Source of the DNA: Azolla caroliniana
Taxonomy: Eukaryota; Plantae; Polypodiophyta
Direction: 5' to 3'
Assembly: GCA_043228905.1 (NCBI GenBank)
Contig: JBHGNT010000005.1
Location: 17,298,001 to 17,362,000 of the forward strand
Length of the DNA: 64,000 bases
Under the pieces are notes generated by a model. That model was not told the DNA's origin, searched no databases, and worked only from the letters and a program-made list of their open reading frames with translations. This document shows positions 24,666 to 38,385 of the stretch, piece after piece; within the stretch, counting starts at the first letter, position 1; every line of letters begins with the position of its first letter. A program made the translations under genes and the position numbers.

Positions 24666-25592
24666 AGGTACACAAAATACAAAACTATGCTTGCCTCATT
24701 CACGAATATTGACATGTAAATATACAAGATAAGGAAAACCCAACTTGCATGAATTTGGATGCAACAAGATCCAATGATGGCCCTCATTACACGAGGTACA
24801 TGGGAATGACATGAAGGTTGAAATGAACTCTAGCCCTTGTGGCACACAAACATGATTATGGGATCGACCGCAACCAATTATCATTCACAAGTGGAAATGA
24901 AAAGAACAGAAAAATGAATACAACGACACAAAGACATAGGATGTTAAGGTGGAAACCCTAAAATGGGGAAAACCACAAGATCCGACCGACTCCAAACAAA
25001 ATCACTATGTATGAGAGGAAATACAATAAGAGACTCAAAGGCGATAACCACAAGCTCCTCTTCGTCTACAAACAGTTGTAGAGTTACCACTCTCTCACAC
25101 ATTCTCTCACCCTAGTTACAGAGGCAACTACAAATTGTAGCTTTTTAACAATGATCATCATCATCATTTAACTACTTGCCCTAACTATATTTATACTCAT
25201 ATACATAAATGACTATTTACAAATATGTCCCCAAGTCGGCTTCGACCGATTCGGCTATTAGCAGAATCAATTTTCGATCAATTGTCAATTAGTTGATTTT
25301 TCGGCCTCGGCTGAGTTAGCCATCAACTAATTCGGCTTATCTCTCCATCCGGAGGGACCACTTTCCTAATGTTGTTGTTATCTATTATATATAGGGTACA
25401 CAAAGTACCAAACTATGCTTGCCTCATTCATGAATATCGACATGTAAATATACAAGATAAGGAAAAGCCAACTTGCATGAATTTGGCTGCAATAAGAGCC
25501 AATGAGCCTCCTTCCTTTGACCCTCATTACACGAGGTACATAAGGCTGAGGTGAAGGTTGAAATGAACTCTAGCCCTTGTGGCTCACAAACA
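24666..25592. repeat. ~190-bp direct repeat pair (24666-24852 and 25394-25592)
   Basis: ggtacacaaa...actatgcttgcctcattca...gaaggttgaaatgaactctagcccttgtggc.cacaaacat present twice. Confidence 0.88.
24852..25369 (-). mobile_element. Degenerate solo LTR related to the element E / 51930 LTR family
   Basis: Shares gatgtt..gtggaaaccc...ggggaaaaccac, gactatttacaaatat and tccggagggacc motifs with the solo LTR at 51930-52629. Confidence 0.6.
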
Positions 25593-27119
25593 TCTAGAAC
25601 CCCAAAAGTTAATGTGGCTTTGTTACATTGAATCCTATAGCTTAAGGTGATGGTGGTAGTAAAGTAACCATGTAGGATGGTCTGGTCTCACACCCATTTT
25701 CATGAACTCAAACCTTGTGTCACAATATTCGCCAGTGGTACCATCCCACCCGACCTGCGGATTTAGTTTGTCCCTTGCGGGCATGCATTTGCTCATGATA
25801 GAAGAACTCTTGAGATTTGACCCTCGACAATGATATGATGTACTTTAACAAGTACAAGGAGACTCCCAAGCTAGAAATGATGAACCTATGGTGTCAATCC
25901 CACATGTAGCATCTCCAAAACCACAATGAATAGAAGTGTGGTGTGTCACACCTTTTGAAGTCAAATGCTACTAGTTTCACACTCCTTGTAAAGGTAAACA
26001 ATGTCACCATTCTAATGATATCTTGATACTAGATTGAGAGTTCGTATTATAAGGTATGATTGTTGATAAATGTGGGGTATCCCCAATAGTGCTAAAATAA
26101 AGGTAAAACTCTACATGGCCAATGATTCGATCCAATGCCCAGTGGGATAATGATAGACCTTTCCTTCGCACAAGTTGGCTTATGATGGTCTAGGATAATG
26201 TTTTATACAAGCAAAATGAGAGTACGACTTATTGAGTGCACATGTACAATCATGTGAGGCAACATCTTGGCGATAAATGCATGAAACTTCTTAAGAATTC
26301 ACATGAATTTGTAAAGTCTTTACAACCTTACAAGCTAGACTTTACGATACAACCTCAATATGTCCACACCGTGAGAATCTTACAAACCTTGACTGCTTGG
26401 TGGTAGTGACACTTGGCAAAATTATTTGGTGAAGGACAATTGATTTTGTTAATTTTTGAAAATGAGCCAATACGAAATATTCATAGGCATTTCTAAATAT
26501 TTCTAAGAAATTTGTATTTGTTTATTCTATCTAATTAGTAAAGCTTTCTATGATCAACTTCCTTCCCCAATTTGTTTCCTCTCCTATTGACTTTCAATAT
26601 ACCTCTTCTTGTAATGATTTCTATCGGTATTCATTTAATTTCACATGTAATGACCATTAAGTTATATGATTTACCTATATGTTACCCTCCTCTTTACCAA
26701 ACATTGATCACGAATGAGCACACATGTAAGGTAGATTGCACGAATTCCCACCTTCTTCTGGTTGTGTGTGTGTTAGGTAGACTTGCACGATGTGGGACGT
26801 AGTCGAACATGGACACTTTACCTCAAACAAGTTGGAGAGTTTGAGCATCACACTTTGACACAACTTGGTTGAATTTCTTTCTTAGTCACCAGATGCCCTC
26901 TCAATTGTGATATTCATTAATAAAGTTCTTGACCATCAACAATCACTACTCACTTTGACATGTATTATGAAAGCATTATATTTTTTGGTCTCATATGTCA
27001 TATTTGAGCTTCGAAGACAATACCAAGTTCTCTGTCCCAAATGCAACATTGTGTTGTGTTATGTAAACATCCATGAACTCCTCAATGTTTTTTCTTGCGA
27101 GATACCCTCAGTCCCTCTA

Positions 27120-27219
27120 NNNNNNNNNNNNNNNNNNNNNNNNNNNNNNNNNNNNNNNNNNNNNNNNNNNNNNNNNNNNNNNNNNNNNNNNNNNNNNNNN
27201 NNNNNNNNNNNNNNNNNNN
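27120..27219. other. Assembly gap (100 N)
   Basis: Run of 100 N; true length and contiguity across it are unknown. Confidence 0.99.
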
Positions 27220-28649
27220 AAGCAGACCGATGATGGCTCAACAGTAGTAGTAGACCATACTCGACAATCAATTGCGGCGTGTGGTTTCTGTTTTCAATCC
27301 ATTTCTTCACTCTTTACCAAATATCTTGGAATGCGGTTGCATTTTCGACTGCAGGTGATCTCAGGTGAGCAATGAGATATTACCTACGTTTGGCGTGTCC
27401 ATGTAATAGAATAGAAACACACGCTTATTGCTAGGGTATAGCTCTAATGTGACAGACAAAAGGGAATTGTAAGATTTACTTACGCAAAACACCAAAATGA
27501 CTCATGGGACCAAAGTTGTACCCATCAAATGTACATGATGCAAGCGCACACATGAAGTTTGGATACATTTCCATTACTATATGCTACTGAAACATTTTGG
27601 ATAAGTTTCCATCATTATACACTAATCAAACAATTCGAAACACATCCTAATGCTCACTCAAATATTTTGACAAAATATATAATTGCTTATATATGTAATC
27701 CAAATTTAAATTCCTGGAAATAGAAAATGTTGAAATTTCAATTTATCTAAGCCCGGGGATCTCTTCCGAATTTTCCCCTTTGATGACACTATATTGTCGT
27801 CACTATCAAATTCATGTTCTTGGATCACCATTAGGAAGACCATTCTCTATATCTTTACATTATCATATATATATGCATCTACGAGGATGCACATCTGTGG
27901 TTGCCAAAATGGGGCTGAGGTGGGTTTAATAGATTGATGCAACTCTTGAGGAGACAGATAACAAAGGCAATTTATAAGGGGCTGTAATGGACAGTTAAGA
28001 AACCTAGCTGAGTAAAGGAGAAAGCGCCAAAAGTTATATTTGAAGAAAAAAAAAACAGCTATCTGAGACAAGCTCGGTCTGAAATAGAATCAATCCAAAT
28101 CAGCTTCTTTCCTTAGATAGCTGACAATGCAGTGTCATCATAAGTATATAATGTCCTCTAGATAGAATTATTCCAAGGTAATAATATCTTCAGCACTCAT
28201 AGACCATATACCACCATACTATCAGGAAATTTAACTTAAAGGATTGGTACTCTGATTTTGTAATGTTCTTTTTTTTTTTCAACCTTAACTTCGGTTGCAG
28301 AGAGAGCTAGTGTTTATAGACCTACAGATATGTAGTTTATACAATCCATGCAGTATGATTTTAGTTTAGTCATAAAGAGAGTGAGCACGTTGAGTTCTAA
28401 ATATATTTAGTCTAAGAAAATCTATACCATATGAAGGCATTTGCCTTTAGAATGTAAATTTTTTCATATTTTTTCAGGAGTTGATTGGAAATGTCCAAGA
28501 AAACAGAGTATTTATATGTCATCTTTGATTATGTGGCTCTGTTACTCCGGATAAGGTGTTCAAGCCTGCCCATGGATTCATGATTACACCCGTCAACATA
28601 TTTTCAATTGGACAATATTTTCATTTCTTCCTGCATAAGTAGGACAAAG

Positions 28650-31600
28650 ATGAGTACAAGGTAGAATATTGTCCTTTCGTTTAATCATTTTCTGAGTTAT
28701 TTTGAAAGAATTGTATGAGTGGATATTTATTTGTTGATCTAGGAATACATCATTATGGCCTTCCAATTCTGCAACTGATACTTTTAATTATGAGCAAATT
28801 GGGACTGAGGATGTATCTCAAGAGGGAGTACATTTTGGAACTGGCATACTCATTCAAGAATCAGATGGAAAAACATCAAGTCCCTCAAGAGGATCTAAAA
28901 GCAACAGGTTTGTTATCTGTCTTCTGTGTTATTGGAATGCAACAGAAGTATGGAAGTTTGTAGTGTTGCAATATATGTTTAAACTTTAACATCTCTTAGA
29001 GTCCAAAGGGGTGGAAATGATTTCAGCTAGACTAAGATAACTTTGACCATTGGAGGAGTATGTTTTGAGTTTGCTAATTGTATTCTTTTGGGTTTGCTCA
29101 TGATATAATTGGTTATTGTAAATCATCTAAGACATGTTGAGATGGTTCATAATCTCCATTTGTTTGGCAAGTTCAGAAACAAACTTGACTCACATGGATG
29201 GAATCAAACTTGGAAACACAGAGGTGTGGTACACCACTGAGAAAGAGTGCCAGAGGATCAGATGATGAGCCACAATCTGGCCTCACCATGTAGTAGTTGC
29301 CACCACCATGGTATAACCAAGCATAGCCCATGAACATGAAAATTTATGTTGTGACAAGATTATGGAAGAGAGAAGAATTGTAGTAGTGTAATGCTGCCAT
29401 TGTGTAGGCCAAAGCAATGTGAGATGAAAAAATACAAAAGAAGAAAATGTGGGGCAAATGAACAATTCTTTCCAAAAGTTCTAAAGAAGGAACAAGCGTA
29501 AATGGTAAATATTCATTGTGATTTTCTGTATAATTAGATGTGATAAGGGTGCTGCTGTTCACAAATTATATCTCATTGAAGCAAATTTATAGGGTGAAAA
29601 GTTCCAAGAATAAGTAAATTACCTTTCAAGATTTCTTCATCAGAACTTTGAAGCTTACTGCTCCACAAAGCAGAGTCACACTGTTGTCTTTAGCATAGAG
29701 ATGAGTGGTACTGCTTTGGATTTCCAATTCATTATGCCACCCACAGTGTGCTCTTAGACTCTGTTTGTATGGGCATGCTTAGATTCCTGACTCTCTATTT
29801 ATTCATCCATTCATGGTATTCCATTATAAAAAATAGTACCGTGATTTTGCTCTATGCTAAGAACTGGATGTATCATAGATTATAATTTCTCAGTAAGAAG
29901 GCATTATATGCTTCATGCGAGATGTAATTGATAGGCTGACAAAATCCATTGTGCTTCACTGAGTTGGTGTTGAAGACAAACTAACAAGAAGATTGAAAAT
30001 TTGATAGGGATGTTAGTATGAGCATTGATTCTTAAAACAATTGCTTCCATACACAGTAGATCACGTGCAATAGGGAAAAGCTTAAGTAATATCACGTTTA
30101 ATTTGAAGTGTGGCAAGCTTAAGAGGCCTGCGTGAAGGGCTTGGGTAGTTGGATACACTATGCAGTTTGGATATTGGGCTTGTATCTCTCTAGAATCTGA
30201 CTTGATATCTTTTCCAGGGGATTTTCAGGGGCCAAAGCTGTAAGATCTTATGAGGATTTAGAAGATGGTACAATTGAGAAGCCTGCTAGGGAGAGGATGT
30301 TCTCGAAATGGCGAAACCAGACGCTGATTTCAGGGATAGCGTACTGCATTTGCTCTTGTAGTATGATCTTATTAAACAAAGTTGTCTTATCCAACTATGA
30401 TTTTAATGCAGGAATATCATTGATGTGTTATCAGGTAATTATATTAGAATTCCAAGCTTTCATACATGTTTACAAAGGTAAGATGGAATTTTAATGTTTG
30501 ACATGTTATGCTCTTCAGAATTTTGTGAGCATTGTGATTGTTTATACACTAAGTGCTTCTGGCCTCATCACAACCGAACCTGTTACCTGGAAGCTTATTT
30601 TCATATGGTTTCCTGTGAATCTCATTTTTGTGGGAATGCTTGTTTCTAGTATTTTCAGGTGACTCTTCTATCACAGGAACTTTATTTCTAAAAATTATTG
30701 AGTATTGTCTCAGAATTCATATAATGGAGTATAAACATTTGACTTTGGCAGCTTGAAGTACATGAATGTTGCAATGGTCACAATACTGAAGAATGTTACA
30801 AATCTCATCACTGCTGTAGGAGAGGTTTATCTATTTAATAAACGACATAACAACAAAGTGTGGGGTTCCCTCTTTTTGATGGTATATTCTTTTCTAGAGA
30901 TATGTTGGACATGTACAAGTTACTGCATTTATGCATGGAGCTGAAGGTAGCAACATTATAATGCTGGTGAAAAATAAGATCTACAAAGCAATTTAATTTC
31001 TAATCACGCAGTATGTCAGACATGGTTTTTAATTGCAACTTTTAGGCTTTCTTTGGGGAGTAGATTTTTGTTTGCTTTGTTGTTTGTTTTTGTATGCAAC
31101 ATAAATTCATACATAGAAATTGTCTTCAACATGCAATGATCTTATTAGCCATCACCTTTTACGCTTTTGCATTTGACAGGGAAGGATTTCTACTGCATGT
31201 CATGAGTATCACACTTTGTTTGGCTATAGCATGAAGATGCATATGTTATTCATGTTCTTTGCTTTTTAAATTTCATCACATGATTTCTAATTGTGTCACT
31301 ACTTGTAATTAAAATGTTTACAATATTTAGCTCAAGGTGGACACCATTTAACTTAAGCTCTAATCCATATGTACCATTGAAGACAAAGGCAACCTCCCCT
31401 TCAATGTAGAAAGGCATAACCAACAATATAGAAAAGATGACCACCATTGATCTTGTACAAGCATCCTTGAGAATCATCAATGGAGGATCTATTTCCCTGG
31501 ACAAACACTTGGATTGCTGCGAGAAAATGCACGGGAAATTAGGCACCTATCTGATAGTTAACACAAGAGCATATTTGCATGAAGTAGTTGAGACTCGAAA

Positions 31601-34600
31601 AGATTTGTTGGCTTCCCCATACATTTGTTGAAAGTGTGTGACCCTTGTTGGGATGATGGTTATGGAAGATTTTGGGTTATCCTGTATGCTAGGTTCTTTC
31701 TCTTCAGATATGGAGGGTCATGCCAGCTGTGGATTTGGTGGCTTCCCAATCATATATTTTCATCTTCCTATAAGTCGTATGATTTTGAGGATCCTTTTAA
31801 CCAGACCCATGGGCTTCCTGTTCATGTATTTGTTTGGTTTGATAGTTTTACTAATTTACTTATATTTATTTTGGTTTGTTCTCAAAGATGAGATACAATG
31901 TTAAGTCTCAGAGGCAATTTTGGCCTCTTAAAAGGAGTTAACGTATTTTTCTTTCGTTTTTTCTTTTTTGAAGGCAGAACTTCCAGTCTAAGTTCAGAAT
32001 CTTAACTTCTTAAATATCTAGATGCTTTTAGTACCCTATGTTTTGTTATATTTATTTTGGGTGGTTGTTCTTAAAGACAAGAAAACATTTGAATATGTTA
32101 ATCTCTTACTTGGTCTTATAGGCCTTTTTGGCCTCTTAAAAGACACGAGTATAACTTTCTTCTTTCTTTCTCCTTTTATTTTGGTTTTATTTTTATTTTT
32201 ATTAGTGTATTCTATTGATATATAACACTAAGATACAAAATCACGAGCTCACTGACAATACAAAGGACATTGCACAAGGTTGCAATTATCACTGAGAGTC
32301 TGATGATGGATGTGATGCTCTACTGAACAACAAACAGACACTTCCTCAATTTGCAAAAGCCCAAGGGAATATGGGGAGAATTGCTATAGAAAGGGATCTT
32401 TCAACTGGTAGATATTATAACAATGCAATGTTAAGCTTTGATTGCTATTTATTTAAATCTTCAGCTTTCTTTTGACATGGTATTAGAACCTTAGGCTCTA
32501 GTTCCTCGATTTTGGATGTATAAGCCATTTATATATGAAGCCAAAGGATAGCTTACAATGATGGTCATATGAGGATGAGCTGAAATACAGGTTTCTACCT
32601 TACTGTGTGAAAAGAAAACTAGAGGGGCAAAGTACTTGTGGATTCTAGTTGCCATGGTAGGAGATTAAGAGGATTGATTTCGCCATGAGTCCAGTAACAT
32701 GGAATTGTAAGGCATTGGTAGGACAAAGACAGGCATTCCAAAATCTGAAGAAGAAGGATGTTGGGAAGCAAAGGCTTCAAATGTCAATTTGAAGGATCAA
32801 ACAGGAAGTAGAAGGCAACGTTTAAGTGTAGTGGTACTTATGCTCTGCATAAAACATACCTAGATCTCCTGAGGATGATGATTTCTCGAGCAACGAGGAA
32901 GATCCTTTAGTCATTGCTGACTTATAGCTGGCTCAATTCTTGCACGTCAGCTTTCTGTATCGGGGGGATGCTGGAAATGCTGTAGTTTGTCAAGCTTAGC
33001 GTTCGTGCTTGACCTCCAACATCTGTGGGAGCTGGTCTGGGTGGTAACTAATCTGAAAAATGTGAGGTATGCCAGAAGTGGGATGACATGGGTAGTGTTC
33101 CAGACACAAACTCGTGTGTTCATCCTCCAATATTTGGAGATCGGATGAGATTTGGCTGCGAATACAACATCAGCATCCCGGAAGGCTTCTTCTGCAGGAA
33201 CAGATTTTCGGTCCAAACGAGTCAACTAAGGTCTTAGATGATAATGTTATGTATGGGGATGTAGTGACATATTTCAGAATGTGGTGGGATAGCTGTTGAT
33301 GACTACTTGCATAGAACATTGGGTCCATGTATGTTTGTCAGGATTCAGCTGTTCGCAACTTGCATAGAACATTGGGTTCATGTGTGTTTGTCAGGATTCA
33401 ATACCTACGTTTAGGAGACTCTATAAAGAGGGAAAGATCTACAAATGTAACAGAGTGTATACAGATAGTGGTGTCATGAAGCATTTGCTTCATGATGTGA
33501 AAACAAATTTAAATAGTATTGCAAGTTTTCTTCAAGTGTCATCTGTGAGACTCGATCCTGTAACCTCACAAATAAACCACCAAGGGTAATCCGGATAAAT
33601 GTAATTATGTCATGCGTTATTGCATGCATGCTGACTCAGATGAGCAATGTAGCTTTCATGCATCACACAATAACACATGTGCATCAAGTGATAATCATAA
33701 TCGCTTGCATCACATGCACTCACACAAACATCCACTCTTATTGGAACACCTATTTAAAGGGACAGAATTGAATCATCTAGACATAAAGGAAAATACATTC
33801 ATCTAACAATCAATTGATCAAGCTAACTTAGTGGGAAAGGTTTTTCATCTCTCAAGATCAAAGTCAAGGGTTCAAACCGGATTTTAGCAGAGATAAAGTG
33901 TCATCCTTGCAAATAAATAACATTGATAAATTAAATCTTGTATTCCCTATTAAAATAGAACATAGTTTTATTGTATATTGTCTCTCAATTCTGCATCTTT
34001 AATCCTGTGCTATTGCATCTCTTGTCCGTAGTCGTTTGTCTCCCCTTTCTTTTATGAACTCTCCTTGTTCATAACCCCGGTGGTTCGATGCACCAATCAC
34101 AAAGCATGATGAAACAACAAAAGCATGTTCTGGACAAGCTGTCACATTGGCTTTGAGAGCGTGGACAAGAATTTTTTTGCTTTTGTTCAGAGCAAAGGAT
34201 TTTATGGAGAACCTGTTGAGGGCACAAAATCTGGAGAATGGATAGGATGATTTTATCCTGTTTTCACTGGATTGTTCAATATTATGTGGAATAAAGACTG
34301 AATTTTGAATCAGCTGAAGAAAACTCATTTGCATGCGGGGATGTGGCTATGGCTGATGAGAATACCAGCAACTAACTCTAGAATGTCATGACAGAAAGTA
34401 TAAGAGAAGATAGCATGTTTGGAACTAGGGATAGATTCAGAATTTGTGCAGAAAGACTGTAGGCCCTTTCAAATATGTTTACATCCCGCGTAGTGGGGGT
34501 GCCAAAAGTGTGTTTATGCTTGGTTGCTGGGCTGTTTGTTAGGATGAGTCAAATATGGTGAGGGAATCAAGTGTGAACAACATCAACTAACCCCAAGAGA

Positions 34601-37600
34601 CTGGTTATGTAGTTAATGCAGTATACGGTGTCTTCTCCATTGTTTCTGTGTTGATTGTGCAGACACCACATTGTCTCTCTGTGTTGATGGTTTGTACGTT
34701 CTCTAGTTTCTACACAATAGTTAGCAGAATCATGGCAGATTATAGGTTTGTCATGTATGGGTCAAGTTCTTTACCATCAGATATTTATGGTTGATCATGC
34801 ACACCATGGACACATGGGCTTCATATTCATGTTTCGCATTCTCTGAAAGTCGTGCGAGTTTAGCTTTTTGTCAATTATAAAAACGATCTCCTTACATTAA
34901 GTAATTTCCTCGTTTTGTTTGCTCAGAAAATGTGGTTGCGGAGTCTTTAAAGAACTAGGATAATCTGGAGATAGGTGCTTATGTCATGTCATGTCTTCAC
35001 TCATGGGCAACTCCCTCATGAACACTCACACCCTTATATGTAACATTCTTATTTTATGACAAAGGAATGCAGAAAACAGCAGCTACCAGAAGTGCCAGAA
35101 AATGTAGTTACCAGAAAGTACAAGGATAATCTGGATAAGTGTTAACTTCATGAACTCACTCCTCAGCTTTATATGGAACCCTTTTGAATGTCATATCCTC
35201 ACACATGGGTAACTCATCATGAGTTGTTTTACTACAGAGGAATGTAGGAAACAGTATATACTAGAAGTACCAGAATGCAATGGACATGGGTCATACCACG
35301 AGAAATTTTACAATGCTCCTCATTTATTTTTATCTATCTTTAGGAAACCCAAAGCTCCTACTTTTCTTACCAATAATTTGAAGCTACTTGTAGTTATAAT
35401 GGGCAGGCATTCTTGATAACATTCTGGTGTCTTCTAGGTGCAACTGCATTGTTCTACTTGTTTTTCTATGTTTTGTTTTTGTTTATTACTCACTGGGCAG
35501 ACAGATTTCCTGGTCCTTGGCACAAAAATTGAAGGGAAAGAAGAATGCAGAGGAGAACTCAGACAGTGGAACTATAGGAGAGGAGATAAGGTGTATGATA
35601 ACCAAAGGAAGCTCTGAGAGCCTCGCTGCCATGCTGTTTTTGTCTGCCTTATTGACAAGAATGCATTTTGTCCATAAACCAAGAAAGAAAGAAAGAAATG
35701 TTATATTAAGGTCTTCTAAGACCAAAATTGGTCCATGTCTAAGACCAAAATGGAAGATCAGTCATCTTTGTTAAGTTATGACAAGGTTTCTGTGGTTTGT
35801 ATTCATCATATGGTTAAGGTACAAATGTGCATTCTGATGCATTACCAACTGTTATGCATCAATACACACTTAGCCACCACGAGTATATGCAGAGTCTGAA
35901 CTTGAACAAGATCAATAGGATGTCCATGGATGATGAGGCTTTGTATGGAGGCTGTTTAACTTTATTTTACATCATTCTTTCCAGGAGATGAGTATAATTA
36001 GACGGCATTGTACTCCCTTCTATTATTCTAGAAATGTCTTACCATATTTGGTGCAATTTGGATTCAGAATTTCCATCATAAAGCACCTGATTGTTGATCC
36101 CACTCTGAATGTTTGAATTCTACTAGTTTGAGTTTGCATGAAAAGAAGTAAATGAACAAAATGTTATGAAATACTCCTATATGTATGCCAGCACATGTCA
36201 ACCAAAATAGTCTCATTATCTTACCAATAGTGTAATCTCCCACATCCATAAATGAGATCTGAGTTAATTTTGAAGTAATTGATTAAGAAGAGAAATGGTA
36301 GTTGACACAATCATATAATAATCATGTGTACTACTGATTATTTGACAGGTTGTGTCTGCAGTTTGTGGAGGATTTACAGATCTTTCTTTCCACAGAACTG
36401 GCTATGCATGGCAGATTGTCAACTGTTTTCTAACAGCTGCATATTCGGTCTGTGAAAATTTAATAGAATGTATTACAAAGTGCTGCATGGTTGCTTTAAT
36501 AAACCCTAGATTCATGATTGTCTCTTCTTTCCTGTATCCTTTGGCTATGAAAATGTGACAGTTGACTTTGAGGAAAGTGATGGATTTAGCCAAGCAAGCG
36601 ACAAAGTCTGGAAGTCTTAGTGAATTTTCAATGGTTTTCTTGAATAACTCTCTCTCATTACCACTTGGGCTTGCTTTGGTTATTATCTTCAAAGAGCCTG
36701 AGTACCTTCACAATTCGTAAGTTGAAACATCATTATTGAGCTTATCTTATTAACTTGTTAATGGAAACAATCTAGAGCTTTTTTTCCATTGTCAAGGTGG
36801 ATTTGTGACATTTGATATATTTGGGATTTAATAGAGTTGTCCTAAAGCTTCCAATGTTTTGGGTTCTTTCAACATTGAGTGGAGTATTTGGGCTGGCAAT
36901 CAGTTTTACATCCATGTGGTTTCTACATCAAACTGGTCCTACTACTTACAGGTATAAGGAGACCCAAGTTTTTTCAGTGTATATACATTGTTTTTCATTG
37001 TGTTATTTAGCATAATTGGTAAGATCGATATGTCATATGTGCACTCTCACGTGTAGGTGCGTTGACTGTCATTGTATGTGCATATTATAAAAATTTAGTT
37101 TGCCTAGGAATTCTGGGGAGTGTCGCATGTGACTTTATGCTGCAAGTTATTTCATCCAGTTTGCTGATCCCTTGGACAGTCTGTCTTAAATTCGAGAAGT
37201 GAACATTTAGATTTAGTAAACTATGATAATTCAATGGCCTTGTTACATGGACTCCAACATGCTGTATTGTACATAGTACATTTGACCCTTCAAAAGAGAA
37301 ACAGAAATCTTGACTAGTTTTCACAAGTAGATCATACTTTATCCTTTTGATCCTTCAAAAGAGAAACAGAGCTAGACATTGAATGAATGGAGAAATCTTG
37401 ACTAGTGTTCACAAGTAGATTGTACTTTATGCTGGGAATGGAATACAATTCCAATCATCTATTGTGTATTCATTAAGCTTCAAATACTGCTTCTTGGTCT
37501 ATATGTTTTAGTACTGTCTTCTGAAGTTTGCGTTTGTGTTTTTGCAGCTTGGTCGGTTCATTAAACAAGATCCCTTTATCAATTGTAGGAATTCTCATGT

Positions 37601-37766
37601 TTAAAGTTCCTGTTAGCTTCCCCAATCTTTTGAGCATTTTTTTTGGTAAGCAATATATAACACTTGCATAAGAATATTTTAAAGGTTTTCATGGTTTTGA
37701 TAACTTTCATTCTAATGTTTAGGGTTATTTGCTGGGGTAATATTTGCAAGAGCAAAATTATCATAA
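28650..37766 (+). CDS. GONST1: Golgi GDP-mannose transporter, GONST1/GONST2 family (nucleotide-sugar transporter), 10 coding exons
   Basis: Exons 28650-28660, 28743-28907, 30218-30434, 30519-30658, 30752-30881, 36349-36447, 36562-36716, 36835-36951, 37548-37645, 37723-37766, all GT-AG and phase-consistent. Protein has DLEDG, SGIAYCICSCSMILLNKVVLS, WFPVNLIFVGML, VTILKNVTN, GYAWQIVNCFLTAAYS, SMWFLHQTGPTTYSLVGSLNKIPLS (GXLNK GDP-sugar motif), FARAKLS*. The first two exons are less certain, and GONST1 vs GONST2 orthology is unresolved. Confidence 0.93.
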
Positions 37767-38159
37767 GAAGTGATTCTGCATCACTTAATGCCATTCAAAA
37801 GGATGAAGGGTAACAACACATCATCGATCCCTTATCTTACTCATATGAAGTGATTTAAGTTTTTTAACACTACGTAATTCTTTGCAAGTCATGGACGGTT
37901 TGGTCGAGTCTTGTAAAGTGAGTGGCACATGTACATGTTTTGTAGTTAAACCCCGACACTGCAAGGGCAATGCATTCTCAATATTGAGATTTGGTAGAGA
38001 GTTATGAAATTCATATGCAACAAAAGAAACAGGAAAAAACTGCTTGTTGCACCTGGTTTTTTGTTTTTTGAACTATTGAAACCATTTTTTTAATTTGTGA
38101 CTCATGGCCCTTCTAAATGTGACTATAATGTTGGAATGCTTATTTTGAAGTAACAATCG

Positions 38160-38385
38160 GCAACGGTTTTGTTCGGAAGTCTCAAACCCAAACCGGTTCA
38201 AACCGAACTCTTAAGGAGAAGTTGAAACCTAAACCGAACTGAACCAAACCACGAAACCGTCTAAACCAAAACTGTTCAAACCGAACCGTTTACACAAATT
38301 TCAAACCTGAACCAAATAGTTCTAGAAGTTTTCGAACCGTTAAATTGTTAAATCGCGGTTTTGCGGTTCGGTTTTGGTTTTGGTA
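38160..38385. repeat. Cluster of AAACCG/AACCG subterminal repeats in both orientations
   Basis: Many aaaccg(aac) and cggtt(tt) motifs, typical of plant hAT subterminal regions; lies 3' of the hAT transposase relic. Confidence 0.7.

Noticed and set aside
26907-27375. ORFs spanning the N run
   Set aside because: Artefacts of the assembly gap.
31300-34700. Possible decayed retroelement pieces in GONST intron 5 (PBS-like tggtattagaacc near 32478; LINE-like stretches)
   Set aside because: Too degenerate; no catalytic motif or boundary could be read with confidence.
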